This document shows, piece after piece, positions 21,946 through 31,930 of a DNA stretch of 32,082 nt. The stretch comes from Nemertoderma westbladi (Eukaryota > Animalia > Xenacoelomorpha). The notes beneath the pieces are model-generated. The model was not told the DNA's origin. It saw only the letters and a list, made by a program, of their open reading frames with translations, and did not search any database. Within the stretch, counting starts at the first letter, position 1. Every line of letters begins with the position of its first letter. Made by a program: the position numbers and the translations under genes. The stretch covers positions 1 to 32,082 of the forward strand of contig JAUCBJ010008994.1 of the NCBI GenBank assembly GCA_032718475.1. Reading direction: 5' to 3'.

Positions 21946-22726
21946 ATGCAACAACTAAAAAAGGTGAATAATAAGGTCATTCTCCCCGCCGGGACCACCC
22001 CATCTTTACACAGCCCAGCTACATCCAGTGAGTGCATCGCCCGCACCCTATGCCTCCACATAACTCTTATTAGATTCATTTTGTTAAATTGTTGAAACGA
22101 TGAAGGATGATGTGTGAAAGGTTCTACAACCAACGTCGGTTTACCGCCTTCGGCCATTATGTCGAAATTTTAATAATATAATTTTATTTAATAATTTATA
22201 ATTTAATAATTTAAATAATAAAGTGATGCCGGTATCGCTATTCCCAATGTTAATATAGCAAACTTCAACAGAACTAGCTAATTTGGTGAGGCTAATTATC
22301 TATGCTTCGCAACGTAACTATATATGGCTTATTTCTTTTGTGAAACCGGTGACATATGTGAGTAGATTGAACCCAGACTGTTGATTGTCGTTAGAGCGTT
22401 TAATTATTGTCTAATGCGCGTAGCATGGATAGAGATTCTGGCCTTTGTGTTAACCACATAGGGCGGGCAGCAGATGCTTGGTATATATGTAACATGGAAA
22501 GAGTTGGGCCCGCTACAGCTATGGTCGATTATCCCGGTTTTACTGGCAAGTTGTTATTAATGGCGCCCACGCGCTAAAGACCATGCCTCACTTGTTGCCG
22601 CGTGAAGGTCTCATGAATGCGTTAAACTTTGTTAATTGCGTAAAGGCTCCACAAACGACGCGTTAAACTTTGTTATATTGTGTAAAGGCTCCACGAACAT
22701 GTTAAGATGGGTTGCATAAAGTATAA

Positions 22727-23435
22727 AATTAATAGCATAAAATGGTTTTCTGGGAAGTTAGGACGGTATGGATACCCATGTATGACACGGGAATCGATGT
22801 TTAATTCGGCGTAATTTAAATTGAAATGTTTAAAATGTAGCGGATTGCTGCTTAATTCCCCATTGAACCTGGCGTTCGTAAAAGCATTCCAATCAAAATA
22901 TACTTAGGTAATTTTCCTTGGATTATGTTCGATTCTGTATAACTGGACTGCCCACCACCAATAGTGAAGGTTTTCACTTCTTGTTTTAACAAGTTGTAAA
23001 TAAAGTCATTTTTTTGTGACCCCAATAAATGCGCGCGCATAACCTCAGAATCAATCCTGTGGCGTTTTATTTTTAAATTAATACTCATGATTTCTACTCT
23101 TGGAATTGTTAATCCGGCTGGGGGTTCAACTTTCAAAAAAAAATATTTGATACTCGGTCTATACGAAGTCGAACGTTAATTCCGGGCGGCAATAATTTGT
23201 CCTGACTTGTCAAGTCTAGAAAAATTGGGGTCACTACGAATTTAACATAATTACAGCGAATGTCGTTCCCAGTAGCGACAGGTACCCCACCCAGATTATT
23301 ATCTGTATCCTCATAACCACCAGCTCTTAAAATACCGCTTTTTTCGTTAGCATCTGTCAACAGTAATGTCTGAAACGTAGACTTATTGGCGTAGAATCCA
23401 TTCGAGGTTTCAACTAGCTTTTCATTTAGGTACAT
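22727..23435 (-). pseudogene. Polinton major capsid protein, copy C
   Basis: Duplicate of 19446-20154. Confidence 0.88.
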
Positions 23436-24456
23436 CGAATGTAAAAAATAAAAATAGGTAAAAATAGGTTTTTTTTTGCCAGCTTTAGAGCTATAATTAT
23501 ACAGAAAGAGTCACTTGTTAAAATTCCAACAAAAGTAGCACGAGAGCCTTAGTTGAGTTGTCACATTAATTAATATAGGAGGTGGCCTACTACTATGATC
23601 AGCATGCGCATTGCTGCTGCATTTTTAATAATCCTGTGCTGGCTTGTTGACAAAATTGCGCCGCTACAACGCCCTATCACCCATGACATTTGCTAGATCA
23701 TCCACATCTTCAAGACCAGTGTCCTTTAAAATGCGCCTCAAGAAAGTCATGGGCTATCCACCACGCCTATCCACCCCTATGAGGCCGCCAAAGCACACAA
23801 TCTCACCTCAAGTGCATCAGTTTGTATTTTAATTACCTTGCTCTCGTGATACTTTTACCGAAAGATTAAACTTCACCCTATTGCAAGTCACTAGACACAT
23901 ATTGTATATATTGATTGTCTCATATCAGAAGGGGCTAAGTCACATCTTTTCTCTTCAGGAAATGGGGTTATTGATCATATATAGTAGATTGTTATATAGC
24001 TCGGTGTACATTCTGCCAGAGCCCCAAAGAACCAGAATGTATGGTTGCTGTGATATTTTCAATTTCATATTGACCTAATCAGAGAACCCTTTAGTAATCA
24101 TTAGATTTGGTATTTATTTTTTCAAACCCGTAATAGTGAACTCTCGAACACAAGTTTTATTTTTATTAATTAATATTTTAATAAATAAACATTTCCATAT
24201 AATAATAATAATTCAATACAATTATATCACCCTGCAACCATTATTTAGTTTTTATCGGCTAATTCCATGCGTTGTAGGCGGATGGCGGTGGCTTCCTTTC
24301 CCTGATTGTCTAGTGCTTCCTAACCTGTATAGTTCAACAAAGTTTAAAGTTTTTACTTTGTGTAATTAATTAAATTATATTCATGTAACAGTTAGTAATA
24401 AAACGGATATGGTGAGGGATTGAACTTGTTGTTACTTGTTTAATTTACCTTGTCAA

Positions 24457-24772
24457 TTAATCCCACGCTTCTTCTCTCCATTCTTTTTCTGTGCCCCATG
24501 CTTCTTTCTACCATTCAATGCTAGGGTTTTCAGTTTTGATATGTTCTTCTTCTTTTCTTTTTTCGTGAATTGACTTCCCATTTCGATACTGACAGTATCA
24601 TAACTGGTATTGTTTTTCTGCCTCAGGAAAGTAATGGCATTGAATGTTCGGGCATTGAACTATTTTTTCTCTCAGATGATTTCTTTTACATTTTCTTAAG
24701 TGTCTGATAAATCTTTCCACATGAATTCTGTGGGTTGTTTCATATTGGTCATATTATATACACATTATCTAT
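24457..24772 (-). pseudogene. GTSF1-like pseudogene (copy C)
   Basis: Duplicate of 21176-21491. Confidence 0.85.
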
Positions 24773-26023
24773 TATAAAAAGTATATGATAAATATTGTAT
24801 ATTATAAAATTTGTAATTAAATTATTAATAATTATTACCTTAGTGAATATTTAATGAATATAGAGAAGTGGTTTATTATATTATATTCAAGTAGTAGGGT
24901 AAACAACTTAAATGAAACAGCGTCTGCCATAGTCTACCATGTTAAAGAATTTGCCGAACGGCTCTTGCCCCGCCTACTTACTATGATTACCATTGTGTCA
25001 CCCCGCCCACTTACTATGGTTACCATTGTGCATGTGCATATGTGACATGTCACCACTGTGTATATGTGACATATGTGGTATAAGGCCAGTTCGCAGACGG
25101 AAGTAATTTAATTAATTCGTGTCTACCGGTTGGCGTTTGACCTTGAATCGCAATAGGTAAAACCCAATATAGTAAGTGGGTTGCAGACGTTTGTTATAAA
25201 GTCTTTAACATGTTTTCGTGATTTGATGAAAAAATGGGGCGAGCCATGAAGCGAGTGAAGCCTTAGCATATGGGTTAAGGTTATAGTATTTATAATATTA
25301 TTTTAATTTGATTATTCTACCTATGGGGCGAGCCATGAAGTGAGTGATAGCATCGAAGTAAGGTTATGACGCAACAACTAAAAAAGGTAAATAAACACAG
25401 ACTTATGGGGCGAGCCATGAAGTGAGTGATAGCATCGAAGTAAGGTTATTGTATTCAACTAACGACAGCCACCAATATTACAATTCTACAGTTATTGCTA
25501 AGCAACTAGTTGTGGGGCGAGCCGCGAAGTGAGTATAAAGTTATAGTATTTATAATATTATTTTTTAATATGATTATTCTACTTATATGCGGAGGGGTGA
25601 GCCATGAATTGTGTGAAAGCATATAGGTGCAATCGGGGAGTTGTCTAATCGTCGTCCGGCGCCGACATAAATTTTATTTGCTAATAACTCGGTTACACAG
25701 TGATTTGATGACAAAATAGGGCGAGCCATAAAGCGAGCGAAGCCTTAGAATATGGGTACCATTAACGAGTTGTGGGGCGAGTTTGATCGATTATTCTTGG
25801 TGGGCATACATACATTGATTGGGTACCACACCCGTGTATAGAAAACTATCTGGACTTCCAGGGGTACGCATCTGGCTATAGCACGCTAACCTGATGTCCT
25901 GATCCTTCGCGTCCTGAGCCTTCGCGCAGCACGAAGTAAGCAAAGCCTTTAGCATGTAGGTACTATTGTTGAATTTGTTGATTATTAATGTTATTATATT
26001 AATTGTCGAAATTATTACTTACA

Positions 26024-26302
26024 TTAATTTTCGGTTGGAAGTGGCGTATGCGTTTCACCGATCATCCGTGGCGGGCACACGCACATCGGTCGTCCCCCAG
26101 CGATCGGCAAGACGATGATCCCCGGGTGCGCCGGGACCACCTCATCTTTATACAGCCAGTCTACCTCCGGCGAGTGCATCGCCCGCACCCTTTGTGCCCA
26201 CATAACTCTGATTAGATTCATCCTGTTAAATTTTTTAAATGTTGAAGGATGATGCACGAAAGGTTGCACAACTAACGTTGGTTTCTTACCGCCTTCGGCC
26301 AT
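26024..26302 (-). CDS. MAEGG/CxCPP accessory protein, 92 aa, unknown function (intact copy)
   Basis: ATG at 26302 through stop; protein-level conservation with the diverged copies at 9734-9978 and 18695-18876. Confidence 0.6.
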   Translation of the reverse strand: MAEGGKKPTLVVQPFVHHPSTFKKFNRMNLIRVMWAQRVRAMHSPEVDWLYKDEVVPAHPGIIVLPIAGGRPMCVCPPRMIGETHTPLPTEN

Positions 26303-26699
26303 TGAAATTGAAATTAAGAAATTAAGAATAATATTATAATTTAAATAATAAAGTGATTTTGGTATCGCTATTCCCAATGTTAAAATAGAGATGCTTGGTA
26401 TATAATGGAAAGAGTTGGGGCCCCAATATGGCTATGTCCGATTATACCGGTTTTACTGGCGCCCATACGCTAAGACTTCACCTCACAAGGTTTCAGTGAT
26501 TGATGATGAAAATTAAAAAAATTAAAAAACGAATAGAGCCGCGTGAAGACCCCACCCACGTCACTTACCGCGTCCCATATATTTAGTAAAAATATTGCTA
26601 TTACTATATACCCAAGAATTAAATATTTATTATTAATATTAATGCTAATAATATTTTCACACACCGCAATTGAATATACCCATAACCGAAATAAATAAA

Positions 26700-27139
26700 T
26701 TATTTTATTAATGAAAGTGTCCACAGTAATAACAATAAATCATTGTACCATAAATTAGAGGTGAATATATTCATTGCTCCGGGATTTTTCGGCACCTCGG
26801 TTAGATAATACAGACAAAATAGACCACACTGAGTCGAATGTGGCGCTTGAAATATTTTACGATTCCAAGTATGCCTTTGGATATATTTATGCAACCAATA
26901 GGATATTTTCGGTGGTGGGGATTTTCCAAACGAATCTAAATAATAAGCAATTCTGTTAACCACGCGTACGCAAGACCAGTGTTGCCCTGGTAGGCCTATA
27001 CGTTGATTATTAATAATAAATGAATAATTTTGTTTATGCTTATTTTTTTTGCGTGTATTAGGTGTAATTGGTCGATTGCGTAAACACCGATGTATTCGGG
27101 CCCCACCGGGAATTTCGCTAATTGTATAAAGTCCAACAT
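26700..27139 (-). pseudogene. Adenain-like cysteine protease (copy D, frameshifted)
   Basis: ..IGLPGQHWSCVRVVNRIAYYLDSFGKSPP..WNRKIFQAPHSTQCGLFCLYYL..YND. Confidence 0.9.
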
Positions 27140-27190
27140 CTTAGCGTGCGCATATCATTTCGCTTACTTTGTACTATGCGAGATCTTTAT

Positions 27191-27716
27191 TTATTCGGTT
27201 ATTATTTCCTTGGCTTCTGAAATAGATAGAAGAGCGTCATAGCTTGCAATTAATATAACGTTAATAGTGTTAACTAGCGCATTACTAAATTTCAGAATCA
27301 AATGCCCGCTTGTATTTATACTAGGTTGAATCTCATGGCTTTGATCGCCTCCCGCGGTAAGATCAAATACTATCAAAGAAAATTGGGTACGAAACCGTTC
27401 TGGTGTTAGACGTTCATTAAACATTCGAATTCCAACATAAAATGATTTTCCAGAAAGTTAGGGCGATATGGATACCCGTGTATAATACGGGAGTCGATGT
27501 TTAGTTCGGCATAATTTAAACCGAAATGGTTAAAATGTAGTGGATTACTGCTTAATTCCCCGTTGAAGCTGGCGTTGGTAAGCATTCCAATCAAAATATA
27601 CTTAGGTAATTTCCCTTGGATTATGTTTGATTCTGTATAACTGGACTGTCCGCCACCAATAGTGAAGGTTTTCACTTCTTGTTTTAACAAGTGATAAATA
27701 AAGTCATTTTTTTGTG
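27191..27716 (-). pseudogene. Polinton major capsid protein, C-terminal half (copy D)
   Basis: EVKTFTI..GKLPKYILIGMLTNASFNGELSSNPLHFNHFGLN..PYRPNF / FSLIVFDLT..GHLILKFSNAL..VILIASYDALLSI. Confidence 0.92.
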
Positions 27717-28453
27717 AGTAGTATGGGTATAGCCTTCTTTGGCCCAGTGTCTGCCATAGCCCATCATTGATGTCAATCATCGAATGCCTGCGTGTGTCTG
27801 CCATAGCCCATCATTGATGTCAATCATCTAATGCCTGCGTATTGACGACTATTAACAACCAATAGGAACGCAGGAATAATCACAGTTTAACCAATAGGAA
27901 TGTAGGAATGTGATGGTGGCAATATCCTACATTCCATTCCCAGTCATTGACCTCAACAGATTTAGCGCTTCCTTACTCAAATGCTTGCGTGTGTCTGCCA
28001 TACTTTATCATAGATGTCAATCATTGAATGCCTGCGTATTGACAACTATTATTAACCAATAGGAACGCTTACAGTTAAAGAATGTAGGAATAAATCACAG
28101 TTTAACCAATAGGAATGTAGGAATATGATAGCAGTAAAATCCTACATTGAACAGTTTAATCAATTAGTAAGTCGTAGGACCAGTAATCAAGTCCTACGAC
28201 TTACTAATTGATTAAACTGTTCAATGTAGGATTTTACTGCTATCATATTCCTACATTCCTATTGGTTAAACTGTGATTTATTCCTACATTGTTGACTGAT
28301 TGATTGATTGACTGGCTGGCTGGCTGGCTGATCTACAGCTAAAACTACTCTAACGATTTTGTAGGAATGTTTGTAGATCTCTCTTTCTATCCCCAATTAT
28401 TACCCTCAATTGATTTACTGATTCTTCTCAATAGTGGGCTATGGCAGACACTG
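27717..28453 (+). repeat. Probable Polinton terminus with structured subterminal region (47-bp tandem, 19-bp inverted pair, 100-bp palindrome)
   Basis: AGTAGTATGGGTAT interrupts the MCP. CAGTGTCTGCCATAGCCCA 27745-27763 is inverted at 28435-28453. 47-bp units at 27747 and 27794; palindrome 28081-28290. Confidence 0.65.
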
Positions 28454-29452
28454 TAATTGATATGTTATTGACTTTTAATTAACTTGTAATTGATATGTTA
28501 TTGACTTTTTAATTAACTTATCTTTTCTGCTAGGTGAGTAGTACAGAACCTCGAATATAATATAATATAATTAATTGAGTAATAAATTAATTCTAATTAT
28601 TTTTTCGCTGAGGGGAGGATTTTTTACAGCACACGTGCTACGTAACTGTAATAGAATAACAATAACCCTGTTGATTAGAGCCAGTCTTTTATTACATAAT
28701 AATATAATAATAATAATACAGAACTAACAACTACTAATTTGTTTTACAGTTAAACAGTTTTACAGAATCACCATCCACCAATATTTAATGCCAAATCAAA
28801 TTGTCTAATGTTGTTGTAGACGGATGATGCAGTGGTTCCTTCTCGATGATGGAGTTGTTATCTTAACCTATATAATTCAACAAAGTTTAAAGTTTTACTT
28901 TGTGTCTTTGATGAAGTCTATTTTATTAAATTATTTATATTTATACAGTATTTATATATTAAAAACGGATATGGGGAGGGAGGGTGTTATTGAAACAGTT
29001 GTCAATTATTGTTTTAATTACCTTGTGTATGTAATTGATATTTTATTGATTTTAATTAACTTATCTTTTCTGCTAAGGTGAGTAGTACAGAGCCTCGAAT
29101 ATAATATAATATAATATATTTCATCGAGCAATACATTAATTTCAATTATACAAGCCAAAACAGGACGAGCGCAACGAGGCTAATGAAGGAGAAGAGTATT
29201 GTAAAACTAAAGATGTCATACTTAACTTAAATAGCCCTAGTTAGAAGGTTTACAAATGACAGTTAAAGTGTGTAAGGGCAAACTGAAATGGATCTCTGTT
29301 TCTACAACTAGTTTACTAGCATCGCCTTCACTCATACATTTTTGGGAAAGACGGTTTTCTTACATCTAATAGAGATTAGTATAATGTACTCTCTAATATA
29401 GGCTCTTGTGCTGCGCTAAGGCCCCACGAATGTGTTTTATTTACCGTGTTAA

Positions 29453-29734
29453 TCAGTCCCGCGCTTCTTCTGGCCATTCCATTCTTTTTTCGTCTTTCTT
29501 TTCCTCTTCTTTCGTTGCACCTTTTTCGAAAATTGATTTGCCATTTCTGTATTGACAGTATCTCAAATGATGCTCTTGTTCCGCTTCAGCAAAGAAATGT
29601 GAGTCAATATTTGGACATTGAATAATTTTCTGATATGGATGATTTTTTCGACATTTTCTTATATGTCTGACGAATCTGTCCGCATGGATCCTATGGCAAG
29701 GGTCATAAGGACAGACGATGTATTCGTTATCCAT
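29453..29734 (-). CDS. GTSF1/Asterix-like protein with two CHHC zinc fingers (intact, 93 aa)
   Basis: CPYDPCHRIHADRFVRHIRKCRKNHP and CPNIDSHFFAEAEQEHHLRYC fit C-x5-H-x9-H-x3-C twice; charged tail ending EWPEEARD; intronless. Confidence 0.9.
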   Translation of the reverse strand: MDNEYIVCPYDPCHRIHADRFVRHIRKCRKNHPYQKIIQCPNIDSHFFAEAEQEHHLRYCQYRNGKSIFEKGATKEEEKKDEKRMEWPEEARD

Positions 29735-30196
29735 TATATTATTATTATTAAAATGTTAACTAATTAATTAATACAATTAGACTGAAAAAATTAGACTAAA
29801 TTTTATAATACTGTAAATGTATCGATAAGTTGTTATCAGCAAAACTAAAAGGAACTAATATTTAAATATACCTTTTATATAAATTAATTATGCACACATC
29901 TGACGGTTGTATTCATTATAACCATAATTAACCCACAAGTTCGTTAACCACCCCAATATAGAAGATGGCACATTTTTCCCAAGTTAATTGCGGCAACACG
30001 CGTGAGGAGCGATGGTTGATATAGCTCGAGTAGATCTGATGCTTTAAGTTATAACTAATTAGTCACACACACACACATGTTATATGTAATTTTTGTCAAG
30101 AGTTACACTGCTCGGTTGAATGAATTTATATTAACTAGCGGTGGGGCATGACTCATATATTGATTGTGGGACGGTTGTAAGTATTTGGCTACCATT

Positions 30197-30823
30197 ATGT
30201 ACATTATGGCTAGCAAACTTGACAATAATACGACTGACGACGCATTATTGAAAGACATCTGTATCCGTAATGCTATTATAAATGTATCGCCACACCTGAT
30301 TACTTTCCCCTCCGATGACAATAGTTTTTATTTCCATGTATATGGGTGTATATTTAACGACTTAAAAAGGAGTTATGGATACATTTTAGAATTAGTGCTG
30401 GACCCACTTAGCAATAAATATATTGTATTCACGGATGACCTTTGTCGAGCTATCGCGGATACAGATATTCTAGAAAGCAATGAAGATTGCGACCTCATAA
30501 TGCTTGGGTTAGAAGTCCATTCGAATGCTCAGTTGAAAAAACTGACAACATTAAATTGCGAGAAAACGAGCATTGTTTTAAGCCAGTATGAACCCGGATA
30601 CGACACGGTCCAAATAACTCTGGAACGTACCCCTTGGAACAGTTGGGCCGCTGGCAGTCTCTACAGCCATTTTAGATAGTGGGAAATATTGACCACGGGT
30701 TTGGGCTACACTACAGATGGACGGAATATATGTGGCACGGAAACAATTCCGATGTGGGCTGGGAATGCACGGGACTTTACGGGCAATTACTTCTCACAGG
30801 CTCGGATTGCATGGATAAAATAA
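30197..30823 (+). pseudogene. Unknown ~208-codon ORF with a single internal TAG (30677-30679)
   Basis: The frame continues WEILTTGLGYTTDGRNICGTETIPMWAGNARDFTGNYFSQARIAWIK* after the stop. Long for this AT-rich DNA; divergent from the GTSF1-like gene. Confidence 0.5.
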
Positions 30824-31149
30824 AAAATGGAGTTTAGAGGTCATTAGAGATCGTGTTTCAAATAATATCGATGTTTTGGGTTTAAGCACCATAGACCGCA
30901 TTATAAACAATATTACCATGGTTGAATTGGATTAATATCTTTGGCCTTTGGTGAATGTGGTTTTTTTTTATTTGTACTTAATGTTTATTTATAAATATTT
31001 ACTTTCAACAACTAATATAGTATAATAGCATTATAAATATTTCACTAATACACCAATAACTAAGTTATAAGTTATGAATACACCAACTTATTTATATATA
31101 ATTTTAATATAATTGTTAAATATATATTCCCGACCTAAAATAAATTATT

Positions 31150-31413
31150 TTATTAATGAATGGGAGAATCTTTTCGACTCGTTAAGCCAAGGAATGCCTG
31201 TTCACCACCATGGGTGATCTTCCACAGTAAACCCTTCCACTCTGTTTCCCAAGTTGCCTTGGTTCCCATTTATCGACCACTGAAGGATGAAAGCCGGGGT
31301 TGGGCTAGGCTGCAGCATTTAAAGCACTGTGCCCAAACAGTGCTGCCCCATCTAGGGATCGAACCCGGGTTCCCTAATCGGAAGCACAGTAATGTCACCA
31401 CTAGACCAGGCTG
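31150..31413 (-). mobile_element. tRNA-derived SINE
   Basis: Minus strand: A-box TGGTCTAGTGG, B-box GGTTCGATCC, central GCTTTCATCCTT..GGTCGATAAATGGGAACC resembling conserved metazoan SINE cores, AT-rich tail. Confidence 0.7.
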
Positions 31414-31422
31414 AATTTGGTG

Positions 31423-31542
31423 AATAATCTACATTGTAATGATTTATTATTATTGAAATGGGTTTATGGACTATTATTATTTTATTAATAATAGTCCATA
31501 AACCCATTTCAATAATAATAAATCATTACAATGTAGATTATT
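31423..31542. repeat. Perfect palindrome, 57-bp arms, 6-nt spacer
   Basis: 31423-31479 is the exact reverse complement of 31486-31542. Confidence 0.95.
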
Positions 31543-31930
31543 GGAATTAAATATTTCCATGGCACGAGGGTTTCTTGGAGATTCGGTCAAATAATATAAA
31601 GAAAACAAACCGCACTGGGTTGAATGTGGTTTATATAAATGATACACTTTTCTATTAAAAGTATACCTTTCAGTATATTTATGGAGCCAGTACGACAGTT
31701 TAGGTGGGGGGATCTACCGTAAGAATCCATATAATAACCTATTCTATCAACTACACGAACTGAACTCCAGTGCTGCCTGGAAGCCCCACTCTTTCGTTAT
31801 TAACAATAAAAGAATATTTGTTTTGTTTCTTCTTCCTTTGTAGCTGTATTTGATGTAATTAGTCAATAGGGTATACACCAAAGTATTCGGGCCCTACTGG
31901 AAATTTTGCCAATTGTATTGAGTCCAACAT
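31486..31930 (-). pseudogene. Adenain-like cysteine protease (copy E, divergent, frameshifted)
   Basis: MLDSIQLAKFPVGPEYFGVYPID*..FIVNNERVGLPG/HWSSVRVVDRIGYYMDSYGRSP/..PHSTQCGLFSLYYLTESPRNP. Confidence 0.85.

Larger units (their letters stand above)
18695..25212. repeat. Near-identical tandem duplication, period 3281 bp (18695-21931 and 21976-25212); third partial copy ~6608-8673
   Basis: Identical ORF sets recur at a 3281 offset (e.g. 19571/22852, 20363/23644) and at ~12940 offset (7423/20363). Only scattered substitutions differ. Confidence 0.95.
24890..27716 (-). mobile_element. Best-preserved Polinton end: terminus, GGGGCGAGCC repeat region, MAEGG ORF, TM ORF, protease, MCP 3' half
   Basis: AGTAGTAGGG terminus at 24890 followed by a colinear gene set; MCP cut at 27717 by another terminus. 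Confidence 0.75.

Noticed and set aside
25210-25800. GGGGCGAGCC repeats as a CRISPR-like array
   Set aside because: Spacing is irregular, repeats are degenerate and the spacers are partly repeated.
27717-27804. N-terminus MADTRRHS... of the 27406-27804 ORF as part of the capsid
   Set aside because: It derives from the inserted terminus sequence; MCP similarity to copies A-C stops at 27716.
28537-29110. AGTAGTACAG at ~28537 and ~29080 as further Polinton termini
   Set aside because: No CAGT at +28, and the shared flank extends on both sides; part of a local repeat (~28454-28590 vs ~29030-29140).
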